64,000 nt of DNA from an uncultured Gemmatimonadales bacterium (GTDB lineage: Bacteria; Gemmatimonadota; Gemmatimonadetes; Gemmatimonadales; GWC2-71-9): contig CAWFPG010000019.1 in assembly GCA_963817715.1 (NCBI GenBank), forward strand, positions 41,484 through 105,483. Reading direction: 5' to 3'. The position numbers and the translations under genes are program-made. The notes beneath the pieces are model-generated. The model had not been told where the DNA came from. It saw only the letters and a list, made by a program, of their open reading frames with translations, and searched no databases. Shown one piece after another: positions 20,523-31,415 of this stretch. Positions within the stretch are counted from its first letter, which is position 1. Each line of letters begins with the position of its first letter.

Positions 20523-23500
20523 TCAGGCTGCCTCGATCTGCTCGCCGAGCCGGACGCCCACGATCGTGGAGACGCCGGGCTCCTGCATCGTCACGCCGTA
20601 GACACTGTCGGCGGCCTGCATGGTGCGCGGGTTGTGGGTGATCACCAGGAACTGGGTCTGCGCCTTGAACTCGTCGAGCAGCCGCAGGAAGCGGCCCACG
20701 TTGGCGTCGTCGAGCGGCGCGTCGACCTCGTCCATCAGGCAGAACGGACTCGGCTTGGTCAGGTAGATCGAGAAGAGCAGCGAGGCCGCGACCAGGGTCC
20801 GCTCGCCGGAGGAGAGCAGGTGGATCCGCTGGGTGCGCTTGCCGCGTGGGGCCGCGTGGATCTCGATCTCCGACTCGAGCGGATCGTCGGGGTCGGTAAG
20901 CCGCAGGTCGCACTCGCCGCCGCCGAACAGGGTCTGGAACACATTCACGAAGTTGGTCCGCACCGCCGCGAAGGTCTCGGCGAAGAGGGCCTTGGCCGTG
21001 CCGTCGATCTCCCGGATCGCCTGCAGCAGCGACTGGCGTGCCGCGACGAGGTCGTCGCGCTGCGACTGCAGGAAGGCCAGCCGCTTCGACTCCTCGGCGT
21101 GTTCCTCCATCGCCAGCGGATTGACGATCCCGATCGCCTCGAGTGTGGTGACGATCCGCTCGGCCTCCTCCTCGAGGGTGGCCAGGTCGGCGTCGACCTG
21201 CGGGGCGATCGCCACCAGCTGGTCGAACGGTTGCTTCCACTCGGTCTCGACCCGTTCGACGATGCGGCGCCGTTCCGCCTTCGCCTCGGTGACCCCGACG
21301 GCCAGGCCGTGGTGCTCCTCGGTCATCGATTCGAGATGATGGCGGGCCTCGGCGAGTTCCGCCTCGGCCGCCTCGAGGCGGGTGGTCGCGGCCTGCAGGG
21401 TGCCGGATGCCTCGCCGGCCGCCTGCTCGAGCGCCACCAGCGCGGTGGCCCGTTCGTCGCGGCCACTCTGCCACTCCGCGCGGTGTGACTCGATCTCGGC
21501 AACATCGACCTCGAGCCGCTCGATCTCCGCGGTCCGCTCGGCGATCGTGGTCTCCGATTCGGCGATCACCCGCGCGGCGCGCTCGGCGGTCTCGCGGGCG
21601 GCGCGAAGCCGGGCCGAGACGTGGGCCTCCTGCACCTGCCACTCGCTGCGCGCCTCGCGCGCCACTTCCTGCTCGGAATCGAGCTCCGCCAGACGCCGCC
21701 GGCCGGCGACCAGCGCCTCGTCGAGGCGGCTGCGTTCGCCACCGCCCTCAGCGAGGAGGCGGTCGACTTCGTCACGACGGCTGGTCGCCCGGGTGAGGCG
21801 CTCGTTGTGGCGGGCCAGCTGCGCCTCGATCTCCTGCAGCTCACGATCGAAGTTGGCCACCCGGCGGACCAGGTCCTCCCGTATCGCGACCGCCTGACGC
21901 TCGGCCTCCCGGAGTGCCGCCGCGTGCTGTTCCGACTCAACCTGCTGCTCCTCGAGCCCGCCGATCGCGGCGACGGTGGCACGGTGGCGGCTCGCAGCCG
22001 CGGCGACGCCCTCGCCGGTGGTGGTGATCTGCTCGGCCAGTGTCTTCAGTTCGGCCCGCCGCTTGAGCGGACCGGTGCTCGACGCCGGGCCGGTGAGCCA
22101 GATCGAGCCGTCGGCCCGATGCACGCCGCGGCCGCCCTCGCCGAGGGGACGGGCTCCGCCAATCAGGGCAGCAACCCAGGGCGCCACCACCGGGTCGACC
22201 CGCAGTCGACTGTCGATGGCCCCCCCCGGCCGTGCCGGGCCGGGCTCGACGGGCAGCAGGATCAGGGTGCCAGGCTGTTCGGTGGCGTGCCACTCTCCGA
22301 CCCGCCTGACCGCCGCTTCGTCGCGCACCACCACCGCGTGGAGGAAATCGCCCAGCAGCTGCTCGGCGAGCTCGGCCTGTTCACTGTCGACGGTGATGAA
22401 GTCGGCAAGGGCGCCGAGGACACCGCCACCGAAGTCGCCCCGAGCGGCGAGCAATGCCGCGGCGGCCGGGGCGATGCCGACCCGGTCGCGCTCCAGTGCC
22501 TCGAGGGCGCCCCGCCGGGCGGTGAGGGTGGCGAGCTCCTCCTCGAGCGCCCGCCGCTCGGCGAGTTCGCGCGCCTCGCGGTCGCGAGCCTCGCGCAACC
22601 GCAGCCGGGCCTGCTCGGCCTCGGCGGCGCCGTGGCGGCTCTCGTCGGCGTGACGCTCGGCCACCGCACGGGCCTCGACCAGTCGCTCGCCGGCGATGCG
22701 CCGCTCGCCGGCCAGTTGATCGCGGTGGGCCTCGTCCTCCCCGATCCGCTCGTGCAGCGCGGCGAGCTCGCCGTCGAGTGCGGTGCGTTCACCCTCGAGT
22801 TGGCGCTGCTGCTCGGCGTGCTGTTGCAGTTGCTGCTCGAGGGTGCGCACCGTCTCGCGCTGGGTCGCCAGTCGCTCACGTCCCTGCTGCTCCGCCTCGG
22901 TGCGGCCAGCGAGCTCCGCCTGGATCCGGGCGTGGTCGGTCTCGGCGGTGGCCTGTTCTTCGACGGCCGTCTCACGATCGACGCGGGCCTGCTGGACCCG
23001 GAGTTCCAGGTCGCTCCGTTCGGCCTGGGCGCGCTGGCGCCGCTCGGCGGCGTTGGCCAGTCGCTCGGCGGCGACGGCGAGGTCGCCCTCCAGCTTGCCG
23101 ACCTCGAGCCTGGCCTGCGCCAGGTCGTCGACAACGGTGCTGCGGTGGCGTTCGGCGCCGGCCCGGGCCTGGGCCGCCTCGTCGCGGGCCGCCTCGGTGC
23201 GGGCCAGCCGTTCACGGCCACCCGGGATCGCCTCCGTCAGCTCGGCGTGGCGCTGCTCGAAGGTGATGGCGTCCTCGGCCAGCTTGGCGAGCTGTCGCTG
23301 GGTGAGCGCCACCGTGACGGCGAACTTCTCCTCGGTGAGGGCACGGTGACGCTCGGTCTTCCCCTTCTGGCGGGCGAGCGAGCGCAACTGTGACTGCACC
23401 TCGGCGATGAGGTCCTCGAGCCGCTGCAGGTCGGTCGCGGTGTCCTCGAGCCGTCGCGCCGTGGCGTGACGCCGATCACGGTAGAGCCCCACACCGGCCG

Positions 23501-23990
23501 CCTCCTCGAAGAGCGACCGCCGCTCCTCGGCGCGGTCGGAGAGGAGCAGGTCGATCAGCTTCGCCTCGATCACCACGCCCGCGTCGCTGCCGAGTCCGGT
23601 GCCGCGCAGCAGGTCGTGGATGTCGCGGAGTCGCGCCGCGTTGCGATTGAGCAGGTAGTCGCTCTGGCCCGAGCGCGACAGCCGCCGGGTGATCACGACC
23701 TCGGTGTACGGCGTCGGCAGTTCGCCACCACTGTTGTCGAGATAGAGCGAGACCTCGGTGACGTTGACCGGGCGGCGGGTGGCGGCGCCCTGGAAGATCA
23801 CGTCCTCCATCTTGCCGCCGCGAAGCAGTCGTGCCGACTGCTCGCCGAGCACCCAGCGCACCGCGTCGGAGACATTCGACTTGCCACAGCCGTTGGGGCC
23901 GACGATGGCCGTGACCCCCTCGTCGAAGGTGAGTGTCACGGTATCGGCAAACGACTTGAAGCCGGACAGCTCCAGCTTGGTGAGCTTCAT
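20523..23990 (-). CDS. smc: Chromosome segregation protein SMC
   Basis: [14 protein letters not shown], long coiled coils, hinge, [18 protein letters not shown]. Confidence 0.96.
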   Translation of the reverse strand: MKLTKLELSGFKSFADTVTLTFDEGVTAIVGPNGCGKSNVSDAVRWVLGEQSARLLRGGKMEDVIFQGAATRRPVNVTEVSLYLDNSGGELPTPYTEVVITRRLSRSGQSDYLLNRNAARLRDIHDLLRGTGLGSDAGVVIEAKLIDLLLSDRAEERRSLFEEAAGVGLYRDRRHATARRLEDTATDLQRLEDLIAEVQSQLRSLARQKGKTERHRALTEEKFAVTVALTQRQLAKLAEDAITFEQRHAELTEAIPGGRERLARTEAARDEAAQARAGAERHRSTVVDDLAQARLEVGKLEGDLAVAAERLANAAERRQRAQAERSDLELRVQQARVDRETAVEEQATAETDHARIQAELAGRTEAEQQGRERLATQRETVRTLEQQLQQHAEQQRQLEGERTALDGELAALHERIGEDEAHRDQLAGERRIAGERLVEARAVAERHADESRHGAAEAEQARLRLREARDREARELAERRALEEELATLTARRGALEALERDRVGIAPAAAALLAARGDFGGGVLGALADFITVDSEQAELAEQLLGDFLHAVVVRDEAAVRRVGEWHATEQPGTLILLPVEPGPARPGGAIDSRLRVDPVVAPWVAALIGGARPLGEGGRGVHRADGSIWLTGPASSTGPLKRRAELKTLAEQITTTGEGVAAAASRHRATVAAIGGLEEQQVESEQHAAALREAERQAVAIREDLVRRVANFDRELQEIEAQLARHNERLTRATSRRDEVDRLLAEGGGERSRLDEALVAGRRRLAELDSEQEVAREARSEWQVQEAHVSARLRAARETAERAARVIAESETTIAERTAEIERLEVDVAEIESHRAEWQSGRDERATALVALEQAAGEASGTLQAATTRLEAAEAELAEARHHLESMTEEHHGLAVGVTEAKAERRRIVERVETEWKQPFDQLVAIAPQVDADLATLEEEAERIVTTLEAIGIVNPLAMEEHAEESKRLAFLQSQRDDLVAARQSLLQAIREIDGTAKALFAETFAAVRTNFVNVFQTLFGGGECDLRLTDPDDPLESEIEIHAAPRGKRTQRIHLLSSGERTLVAASLLFSIYLTKPSPFCLMDEVDAPLDDANVGRFLRLLDEFKAQTQFLVITHNPRTMQAADSVYGVTMQEPGVSTIVGVRLGEQIEAA

Positions 23991-24083
23991 CGGGCCCTGA
24001 GGATCGGAGTTCAACGCGGGAAGGTCCCCACACGCCGGGAGGCGGGGCAGACCGCAATCCCCCAAAATAGCAGGGTGGCCCGC

Positions 24084-25532
24084 TCAGGGCTGCTGGTCGG
24101 CCGGGCTCCGGATGAAGTAGGGCCGGCCGAGGCGCTTGCCGTCGGCCTCGGCCTCCTCACGGGTGGCGTAGGGGCCGATCTGGACCTTGTAGCCGTCGCC
24201 CTCGGTGGTCGGCTCACGGAGGATCGCCCGGAAGCCGATCTGGGTCAGTTGCGACCGGAGGGCATTGGCGTACTCCCGATTCTGGGACGAGGTGACCTGG
24301 ACGAAGTACTGGTCCTTCTCGGCAGCCGCCGGCTGGTCGCCCCGGAGCGAGTCGTCGGTCGTGGCTGGGGGTTCCTCGGGCACCGCCCGGGCCAGCTCGT
24401 CGAGGTCGGGCGGCCGCGGCGCGGTGCGCTGATCGCGGGGTCGCCAGGGGATCGCGAGGAACACATCTCCGGCGGCGCCGTTGAGACGGGCCAGCGACTT
24501 CGGGGCGGGGGTGGTCAGGTCCCAGGTCAGGATGTCCTTGCCATCGCGGGTGACCATCGCCCGGCCGCCGCTCACCAGCGGAAGATCGGTGGCCCAGGGC
24601 GCGGGGATGGTCGCCGCCCGCTCCTCGCGAACCAGGTCGATCAGCCAGACCGAATCGCCCTGCTCGGGTCGGGCCAGGAGCCAGCGGCCGGAGCGATCCG
24701 GGCGGAGGTCGATCGCCGGCCCGGGGAGCGCCACCTCGCCGACCTGGGCGAAGTCGTTGTAGCGATCGAGGAGGACCACGTCACCGCGGGCACGGGCCAC
24801 GTAGAGCCGGTGGCCGCTGGGTGAGAAGGCGGCAGTGATCGGGCTCCCCTTGAGTCCGATGAACCGTGGCTTGCTGTTGCGAGCCGGATTGGAGTAGGCG
24901 ACGACCAGGCCGGAGTCGGTGGTGATCACCATCAGGTCGCCTGCCCAGGTGGTCGTGAGTGGACCGGCGGGCACCTCGAAGCGACCGACCTCGCCATCCT
25001 CGCGGAGGATCTGGATCACCCCCTCGCTGGGGGCGTAGGCCATCACCCGATCGCCGGAGGCCGGGAGCAGCCTGGTGTCGCGGCCGCCCACCACCGTGGC
25101 GCGGAAGACGCTGCGGCTGCGTCCGGCGAAGCGGATCGGATGGCGGTCCGAGTCGAGTCCCAGGACCACGCCGTCGGCGGTACCGTCGAGGTGGTCGGCG
25201 GCACTCAAGTAGGGGCGTGCCTTGCGCGCCTTGAGGTCGATGCCGATCACCTCACCGCGATGGTCGACCGCGTACACCATCTCATCCTCGAGATCGGTGC
25301 CGAGGGCCCGGTCGATCGGCGGCACGTTGCCCGGCACCCTCCACTTGAGCGGCAGCAGCGAGTCGGCTCGGTAGAGCGTGGCCGCGCCGCCACGGCTGGG
25401 CAGCCGGAGCAGGGCCTCCTCGTCGGGGATCCCGGCGGGAATCTCGCGCGGCCCCAGCGGCGGCGCGTCGTTGCCACACGCGACGACGCCCAGGGTGGCG
25501 AGCAGGAGCAGGGCAGGCGGGCGCAGGCTCAA
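24084..25532 (-). CDS. Lipoprotein with beta-propeller-like region and C-terminal SPOR domain
   Basis: TTG overlapping the upstream stop, LGVVAC lipobox, C-terminal YFVQVTS...YKVQIGPYATREEAE. Confidence 0.75.
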   Translation of the reverse strand: MSLRPPALLLLATLGVVACGNDAPPLGPREIPAGIPDEEALLRLPSRGGAATLYRADSLLPLKWRVPGNVPPIDRALGTDLEDEMVYAVDHRGEVIGIDLKARKARPYLSAADHLDGTADGVVLGLDSDRHPIRFAGRSRSVFRATVVGGRDTRLLPASGDRVMAYAPSEGVIQILREDGEVGRFEVPAGPLTTTWAGDLMVITTDSGLVVAYSNPARNSKPRFIGLKGSPITAAFSPSGHRLYVARARGDVVLLDRYNDFAQVGEVALPGPAIDLRPDRSGRWLLARPEQGDSVWLIDLVREERAATIPAPWATDLPLVSGGRAMVTRDGKDILTWDLTTPAPKSLARLNGAAGDVFLAIPWRPRDQRTAPRPPDLDELARAVPEEPPATTDDSLRGDQPAAAEKDQYFVQVTSSQNREYANALRSQLTQIGFRAILREPTTEGDGYKVQIGPYATREEAEADGKRLGRPYFIRSPADQQP

Positions 25533-28500
25533 AAGGTCGGCCCCAGCGAGATCGTCCAGAAGGCATTGGTGCCCGGACGCTTGATCGGCTTGGTGTAGTC
25601 GAACCGCAGGATGATGAAGCCGAAGAGGTTGATCCGGGCCGAGGCACCGAAGGATCGCAACGGGGCGCGGATCCGTACCGGCGACTCGCCGGGCTTGCGG
25701 TCGCGGAAGACCACCTTGCTGTTGGCATCCCATGCCACACCGGCGTCGTAGAAGAGCGCTCCCTCGACCGGCGGGATCGCCCGCGGCAGCCATTTCCACA
25801 ACGGCGACAGGATCGGGAATCGCAGCTCGGCGTTGAAGACGGCGATCGAGGTGCCGACCAGCTGGTCGAGGGCCGAGCAGCCGGTCGCGCTGGAGGGATC
25901 CTGGTCGAGGACCAGGCACTCGTTGCGGCGGAACGAACCGTAGGTGTAGCCACGCAGCAGGTCGGGGTAGCCGAGGTAGACCGAGAACCGGTCGGCATCG
26001 CGGCCGTTGCGGCCGAAGTAGAGCAGCCGGGTCGCAAAGGTGATCGGGCCGGCGATCCGCCGGTAGTTGCGCCAGTCGGCGGTGATCTGGTTGTACTGCC
26101 AGCCGCCGATGGTGGGGCTGATCTCGAAGCGGGCTCGATGGCCGAGGAACGGCCCGACGAACCCGAAGATGCTGTTGTCGTCGACCAGTGCCAGCGACGG
26201 CTGGGCGAACTGGGTCGTGCCGATCCCCTCCTTGTCGATCGAGGGATCGCGGGTGTAGTAGCCCGAGACCGGGTCGTAGTACTCGTTGAGTCGCAGGATC
26301 GCATCGTCGACCAGCGAGCCGCGCAGGCCGGCCTCGATCCGGCGGAAGCGCGAGAGCGGGTAGGTCGCCTGGGCGAACGCGGAGCGAAGCACGATCCGGC
26401 GAACACTGGTGGTGAGCAGGTTCTCGAAGGTCTCGGGGATCCGGGTGATCGAGCTCCCCTGATAGAAGAAGTACGGCTCCTGCTGCACGCCGACCGCCCA
26501 GTTGAGGCGGTGGGCGACGTTGGCATAGGCGGCCAGCACCTGGGCCTCCTCGATCCGGCCGTTGACGTAGCCGGAGAAGAGGAGCTGGTGGTTGCCGAGC
26601 ATGTCGCTCAACGAGATCGCGGTGCCGCCGAAGACACCGTTGCCGAAGTTGTCGCGGACATAGCCGATGGTCGGCCGCGCGACATAGTCGGGCGAGAAGC
26701 CGATCTTGTAGGGCCGCTCGGTGAAGGTGCTGGTGTCGGGGAGCCCCAGCGTGGCCGAGTCGTTGAGAACCGCGATGCTGAGCGGCGGCGGTGGCAGCAA
26801 CGAGTCGGGCACGGCGGCCACCGAATCGGCCCGGCGCAGCGCACCGGCCGAGGACCGGTAGAGGGCCGAGCCGCCGGCGGCCGCCGGCAGCGTGTCGCGG
26901 ACCGCCAGCGTGTCGCGGGCCTCCGCCGTGGGCGGCACCGCGCCGGGGAGCGCCGCCGCCATCGTCACGTCGGTGGCGCGCCAGGGCTCACCCTTGCGGT
27001 CGCGCGGGTGGTCGAGGGTGTAGATGTCGTACTTGCCGTCCTCGTAGTACACGAACGCCAGCCGGTCGACCTGGTGCGCCCACGAGATCGACGGGGAGAG
27101 GGGGGTGATCCCCTGCGCACCGGTGAAGAGGTCGGTGAGCTGGTACGACTCGCGGTTGTCGAGGTCGTAGAGGAAGATGTTGCTCACGCCGGTGCGATCG
27201 GAGACGTAGGCGATCGCGCGGCCGTCGGGCGACCACTGCGGGTCGACGTTCTTTCCCTGGTCCATGCCCGGCAGCAGGCTGATGCGACCGGTGGCCAGGT
27301 CGTAGGTGGCCAACCGGAAGTTGCCGATCTTCAGGATGTCGAAGTCGGTGTTCGGGCCCCGGTCGGTGGTGAAGGCGATGGTGGTGCCGTCGGGCGACCA
27401 GGCCGGGTGGAGGTCGGCGTCGCGGTCGTGGGTCAGCCGCTGGAGATTCGTCCCATCGGCGTTGATGATGAACAGGTCCGACAGGCCGCCGTCGTAGCCG
27501 GTGAACACCAGCTTGCTGCCGTCGGGGCTCCAGGCCGGGGTGGTGACGCCGTTGAGGTCGACCCGGATCCGCCGCACCTCGCGGTTGCGCACCGGATCGA
27601 TGATGACGATGTCGTCGCGCGGCCCGCGCTTGGCGGCCACTGCGATGTAGCGGCCGTCGGGCGACCAGCTCGCCGAGGAGTTGATGAAGCGGTAGGTCTC
27701 GTAGTCGCTGCTGAAGGTGCTCTTGAGCAGCCGGTGCAACACGTGGCCGCTGGGGACCTCGGCGAGATAGAGATCGACGAAGTAGAAGTCCTTCTCCGAG
27801 TAGTACGCGATCCGGGTCCCGTCGGGCGACAGGGCCGGCGCGAGGTGCAGCGTGCCGTCGCTCTTCTCCTCGGTCAGCACCGGGGTGGCGATCTGCGACG
27901 CCTTGGCCTGCTCGCGCAGCTGGGGGAGGTACTCCTTCTGGGTCGCGTCGCGCCACTGGTCGCCGAGCTGGACGAAGTCGAGCCCGATCACGCGGCGGAA
28001 CGCGCCCTCGAGCGATCCGGTCCGCGAGGCGGCGAGGATGGCACCGATCGCCTCGTCGCCCCAGCGCGCCCCGACGTAGCTCATGATCGCCTGGCCGAAG
28101 CGGTACGGGAAGATGTTCGGGTCGGTCTCGAGCTGGCGGATCGTCGGCAGCTTCCCCTCGGCGGCCGCGTCGCGGAGCCACATCGCCGTGTTGGGGTCCA
28201 CCGGGCCGACCGAGAGGTACTCGGCCATGCCCTCGACGAACCAGAGCGGCGGGTTGAGCGCGATGATCGTCTGCAGGCCACCGCCGGCCCGACCGCCGGA
28301 CCAGGTGTCGTACTGGAACTGGTGGACCATCTCGTGCTGCAGCACATGCTCGACGTCGCTGTACGCCCCGGTCAGCGGCAACACGTTGCGGTGCTTGAGG
28401 AAGTCGGTGAAGCCGCCGGTGCCCTCGCTCACCGCGCCCGACGTGGTGTTGGTCTGCTGGAAGTCGGAGTGCGAGGCGTAGAGGATGATCGGCTTGCGCT

Positions 28501-28738
28501 CGCGGAACTGGTGACGCAGCACGCGCGAGAGCCGGGCATAGGACCGCTCGGCCATCCGGGCCGCGTCGTAGGCCGCCTGCCGTTCCTCGGGGTAGTAGTA
28601 CACGTCGAAGTGCTCGGTCTCGAGCACCTGGAAGTCGAACGCCGAGTACTGGACCTTGTTCTGGCCGAAGTACTGGGCCGCGAGCGGCAGCGGCAGCGCC
28701 AGCATCGCGAGCAGCAGGGTGCGGAGCAGATGACGCAT
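25529..28738 (-). CDS. Omp85/BamA-TamA-type outer-membrane protein with N-terminal HExxH peptidase-like domain and PD40/TolB repeats
   Basis: Signal peptide, AQYFGQNKVQY, LQHEMVH...WFVEGMAEY, repeated PAWSPDG, beta-barrel C-terminus ending ...SLGPTF. Confidence 0.85.
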   Translation of the reverse strand: MRHLLRTLLLAMLALPLPLAAQYFGQNKVQYSAFDFQVLETEHFDVYYYPEERQAAYDAARMAERSYARLSRVLRHQFRERKPIILYASHSDFQQTNTTSGAVSEGTGGFTDFLKHRNVLPLTGAYSDVEHVLQHEMVHQFQYDTWSGGRAGGGLQTIIALNPPLWFVEGMAEYLSVGPVDPNTAMWLRDAAAEGKLPTIRQLETDPNIFPYRFGQAIMSYVGARWGDEAIGAILAASRTGSLEGAFRRVIGLDFVQLGDQWRDATQKEYLPQLREQAKASQIATPVLTEEKSDGTLHLAPALSPDGTRIAYYSEKDFYFVDLYLAEVPSGHVLHRLLKSTFSSDYETYRFINSSASWSPDGRYIAVAAKRGPRDDIVIIDPVRNREVRRIRVDLNGVTTPAWSPDGSKLVFTGYDGGLSDLFIINADGTNLQRLTHDRDADLHPAWSPDGTTIAFTTDRGPNTDFDILKIGNFRLATYDLATGRISLLPGMDQGKNVDPQWSPDGRAIAYVSDRTGVSNIFLYDLDNRESYQLTDLFTGAQGITPLSPSISWAHQVDRLAFVYYEDGKYDIYTLDHPRDRKGEPWRATDVTMAAALPGAVPPTAEARDTLAVRDTLPAAAGGSALYRSSAGALRRADSVAAVPDSLLPPPPLSIAVLNDSATLGLPDTSTFTERPYKIGFSPDYVARPTIGYVRDNFGNGVFGGTAISLSDMLGNHQLLFSGYVNGRIEEAQVLAAYANVAHRLNWAVGVQQEPYFFYQGSSITRIPETFENLLTTSVRRIVLRSAFAQATYPLSRFRRIEAGLRGSLVDDAILRLNEYYDPVSGYYTRDPSIDKEGIGTTQFAQPSLALVDDNSIFGFVGPFLGHRARFEISPTIGGWQYNQITADWRNYRRIAGPITFATRLLYFGRNGRDADRFSVYLGYPDLLRGYTYGSFRRNECLVLDQDPSSATGCSALDQLVGTSIAVFNAELRFPILSPLWKWLPRAIPPVEGALFYDAGVAWDANSKVVFRDRKPGESPVRIRAPLRSFGASARINLFGFIILRFDYTKPIKRPGTNAFWTISLGPTF

Positions 28739-28770
28739 CGGGGTCGTGCCTTTCGTCCTGCGGGATCGTC

Positions 28771-29097
28771 CTAGGACCGCGACACGAGCGGTGGCGCGTC
28801 CTGCCAGAGGCGCTCGAGGCGATAGAACGCCCGGGTCTCCGGATGAAACAGGTGGACCACGAAGTCCACGAAGTCGAGCAGTACCCATCGGCCGGTCGCG
28901 AGACCCTCGACATGATTGGCGGGGTAGCCCGCCTCGGCCAGCGCCTCGACCACCCCGTCGGCGATCCCTCGCACGTGGGCATCCGAGGTGCCCGAGGCGA
29001 TCACGAAGTAGTCGGCGGCATCGCTCAGGCCGCGCAGGTCGAGCACCAGCAGCTGCTGTCCCTTGCGGTTCTCGATCGCCTCGACGACCCGCGCCAC
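28771..29097 (-). CDS. rsfS: Ribosome silencing factor RsfS
   Basis: RKGQQLLVLDL, YFVIASG, WVLLDFVDFVVHLF, FYRLERLW. Confidence 0.93.
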   Translation of the reverse strand: MARVVEAIENRKGQQLLVLDLRGLSDAADYFVIASGTSDAHVRGIADGVVEALAEAGYPANHVEGLATGRWVLLDFVDFVVHLFHPETRAFYRLERLWQDAPPLVSRS

Positions 29098-29126
29098 CGG
29101 TTCCGGCAGCGTCTGCGCACGGGGGC

Positions 29127-30965
29127 TCAGCCATCCGGTTGATCCGGGGTGCCATCCTCCACCTGATAGCAGACCGCCCAGGCACCCGCCCCGACGTGCG
29201 TTCCCAGGACTGCGGTGGCCGGACCGACGAGCACCTCGCGGGGCTTGAACGCCGCCAGGAGTGCCGTGCGCACGCGCTCGGCGGTCTCGGGGGCCTCGGC
29301 ATGCACCACCCCGAAGCGAAGATTGGCGGGTCGCGGGTCGAGACGCTGTTTGAGCAGTGTCAGAACCCTCGGCACCACCTGGTCGTGACCACGAACCCGG
29401 TCGATCGGTTGCACCCTCCCGCCCTGGTCGATCTCGAGGATCGGCCTGATGTCGAGCAGTCCCCCGAGCCAGGCCCTGCCCCGGGACACGCGTCCCGACC
29501 GGATCAGGTTCTCGTAGGTCTCCACCGTCAGCAGCATCCCCGACTGTCCGCGAACCCTGGTCAGCTCGCGAACGATCGCCGCGGCGGGCCAGCCCGCCTC
29601 GGCCAGCTCCGCCCCCCGGAGCGCCAGCAGCCCGAGTCCCAGCGACGCGGTGCGGGAATCCAGCAGGGAGACGCCCGTGAGCCCTGCCGCCTGCACGGCC
29701 GCCTGGGCCGACGCATAGGTGCCCGAGAGCGCCCCCGACACCAGCACCCCGACGACCTCCTCGGCCTCCTCCCGGGCGGCGCGGAATGCCCGGACGAACT
29801 CCGCCGGTGCCGGCTGGGACGTGGTCGGCAGCTCGTCGGCTTCACGCAGCCGCCGATAGAACTCCGCCGGCTTGAGATCGACCCGGTCCCGGAAGGACTC
29901 GGTTCCGAACATCACCTGCATCGGCACCGCAATGATCCCGTGTCGGTCGAGGGTGCTGTCGGACAGGTCGTTGGTGGAGTCCACCACGATCGCGACCCGG
30001 CGACGGTCGATGTGCCCGAGCTGGCGATGCTGGGCCCGCATGTCGTCGGCCTTGCGGCCGGTGATCGTCCCCCAGCGCTCGGCGTAGGTGAAGACCGCAT
30101 CGGGGGTGTCGGTGTGGACATGAAGCTTGAGGATATCGCCGGCCACCGCGACGACCACCGAGCCGCCGAAATCGTGGAGCACCGCCCGCACGTCGTTGGC
30201 CGGCGGCAGTGCCTCCCCACGCACGAGGACCTCGGTGCAGTACTGGAAGTCACGTTCAGCGGCGATGTCGGCGAAGGCGGCCGGGATCGACGACCTCGCC
30301 CTGCCTGAGCGGGCGCCGCGGGCAGGATCGGGTCGCCATCGATCACGCGGACGACGCCCTCGATCATCCGCACGAAACCCTTGCCGCCGGCATCGACCAC
30401 GCCGGCTTCCTTGAGTACCGCCATCAGTTCGGGGGTCCGCGCCAGCACCCGCTCGGCCTCGGCCAGGAGCTGGCGCAGGAAGTGGCCGATGTCGGCCGAC
30501 TCGGCCGCGGCGCGCTCGGCGGCGACCGCGGCGTCGCGCGCGACGGTGAGGATGGTGCCCTCGACGAGGGTCGTCGAGCGCCTGCTCGAGCGGTGCTGGC
30601 CCCGCGCGCGCACCGCGCCGGCGACCTCGGGGGCGCCCGCGGTGGCGAGTCCCTCGAGTCGCTTCGCTGAAGCCGATGAGGAAGTGGGCCAGCATCATCC
30701 CGGAGTTGCCCCGGGCACCGAGCACCGCAGCCCGGGCCGCGGTGAGGCGGTATCGCCGGAGGGTCGCGTCGCCGAGCGCCCCGAGGGCGTCGGCGACGGC
30801 GCGCAGGGTCATCGAGAAGTTGGTGCCGGTGTCGCCGTCGGGGACCGGGAAGACGTTGATGCGATTGAGCTCCTCGCGCCCGGCCGCGACCCAGTCGCTC
30901 GCGGCGTGGAAGCCGCGAGCGAGCCGCGGTCCGTCGAGGTAGCCGATCCCGACGGGCGCCGTCAC
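29127..30965 (-). CDS. DAK2 (FakA-like)-DegV (FakB-like) fusion protein; compensated frameshifts about 30300-30760
   Basis: LNRINVFPVPDGDTGTN, ARGNSG, EGTILTV and GVVDAGGKG (shifted frame), YCTE, HVHT; then DegV DSTNDL, PTTSQP, SGALSGTY, HVGAGA. Confidence 0.85.
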   Translation of the reverse strand: MTAPVGIGYLDGPRLARGFHAASDWVAAGREELNRINVFPVPDGDTGTNFSMTLRAVADALGALGDATLRRYRLTAARAAVLGARGNSGMMLAHFLIGFSEATRGTRHRGRPRGRRRGARAGPAPLEQALDDPRRGHHPHRRARRRGRRRARRGRVGRHRPLPAPAPGRGRAGAGADPRTDGGTQGSRRGRCRRQGFRADDRGRRPRDRWRPDPARGARSGRARSSIPAAFADIAAERDFQYCTEVLVRGEALPPANDVRAVLHDFGGSVVVAVAGDILKLHVHTDTPDAVFTYAERWGTITGRKADDMRAQHRQLGHIDRRRVAIVVDSTNDLSDSTLDRHGIIAVPMQVMFGTESFRDRVDLKPAEFYRRLREADELPTTSQPAPAEFVRAFRAAREEAEEVVGVLVSGALSGTYASAQAAVQAAGLTGVSLLDSRTASLGLGLLALRGAELAEAGWPAAAIVRELTRVRGQSGMLLTVETYENLIRSGRVSRGRAWLGGLLDIRPILEIDQGGRVQPIDRVRGHDQVVPRVLTLLKQRLDPRPANLRFGVVHAEAPETAERVRTALLAAFKPREVLVGPATAVLGTHVGAGAWAVCYQVEDGTPDQPDG

Positions 30966-31415
30966 TCAGTCCTCGGCGGTGATGGTGACCTTCACCTCGG
31001 CATGGACGTCGTGCTGCAGCTTGATCGGCACGGCGTGGAAGCCGAGCTCCTTGAGCGGATGCTCGAGCTCCATCTTGCGCTTGTCGATCGTGAAGCCGTG
31101 CCCCTCGAGCTGCTCGGCGATGTCCGACGAGGTGACCGAGCCGAACAGCTTGCCGTCTTCGCCCGCCTTGGCGGTGAAGGTGAGGGCCAGCGCGCCGATC
31201 TGCGCCGCCAGTGCCTCGGCCTCGGCCCGTTCAGCGGCATCGCGCACGGCGCGTGCCTTGGCCTCGCCGGCGATCCGCTTCTTGTTGCCCTCGGTGGCCT
31301 CGAAGGCCAGGCCGCGCGGGAGGAGGAAATTGCGGGCGTAGCCGGGCTTGACCCGGACCAGGTCGCCGGTCTTGCCCAGCGACTCGATGTTCTCTCGGAG
31401 AATCAGCTCGATCAT
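30966..31415 (-). CDS. rplI: 50S ribosomal protein L9
   Basis: VKPGYARNFLLPRGLA, GKLFGSVT. Confidence 0.97.
   Translation of the reverse strand: MIELILRENIESLGKTGDLVRVKPGYARNFLLPRGLAFEATEGNKKRIAGEAKARAVRDAAERAEAEALAAQIGALALTFTAKAGEDGKLFGSVTSSDIAEQLEGHGFTIDKRKMELEHPLKELGFHAVPIKLQHDVHAEVKVTITAED

Noticed and set aside
26138-28774. Long opposite-strand ORFs (for example 26138-28774, 49207-51660, 51299-52699, 20634-21488)
   Set aside because: These are shadow ORFs of high-GC coding sequence with no recognisable motifs, lying antisense to well-supported genes.
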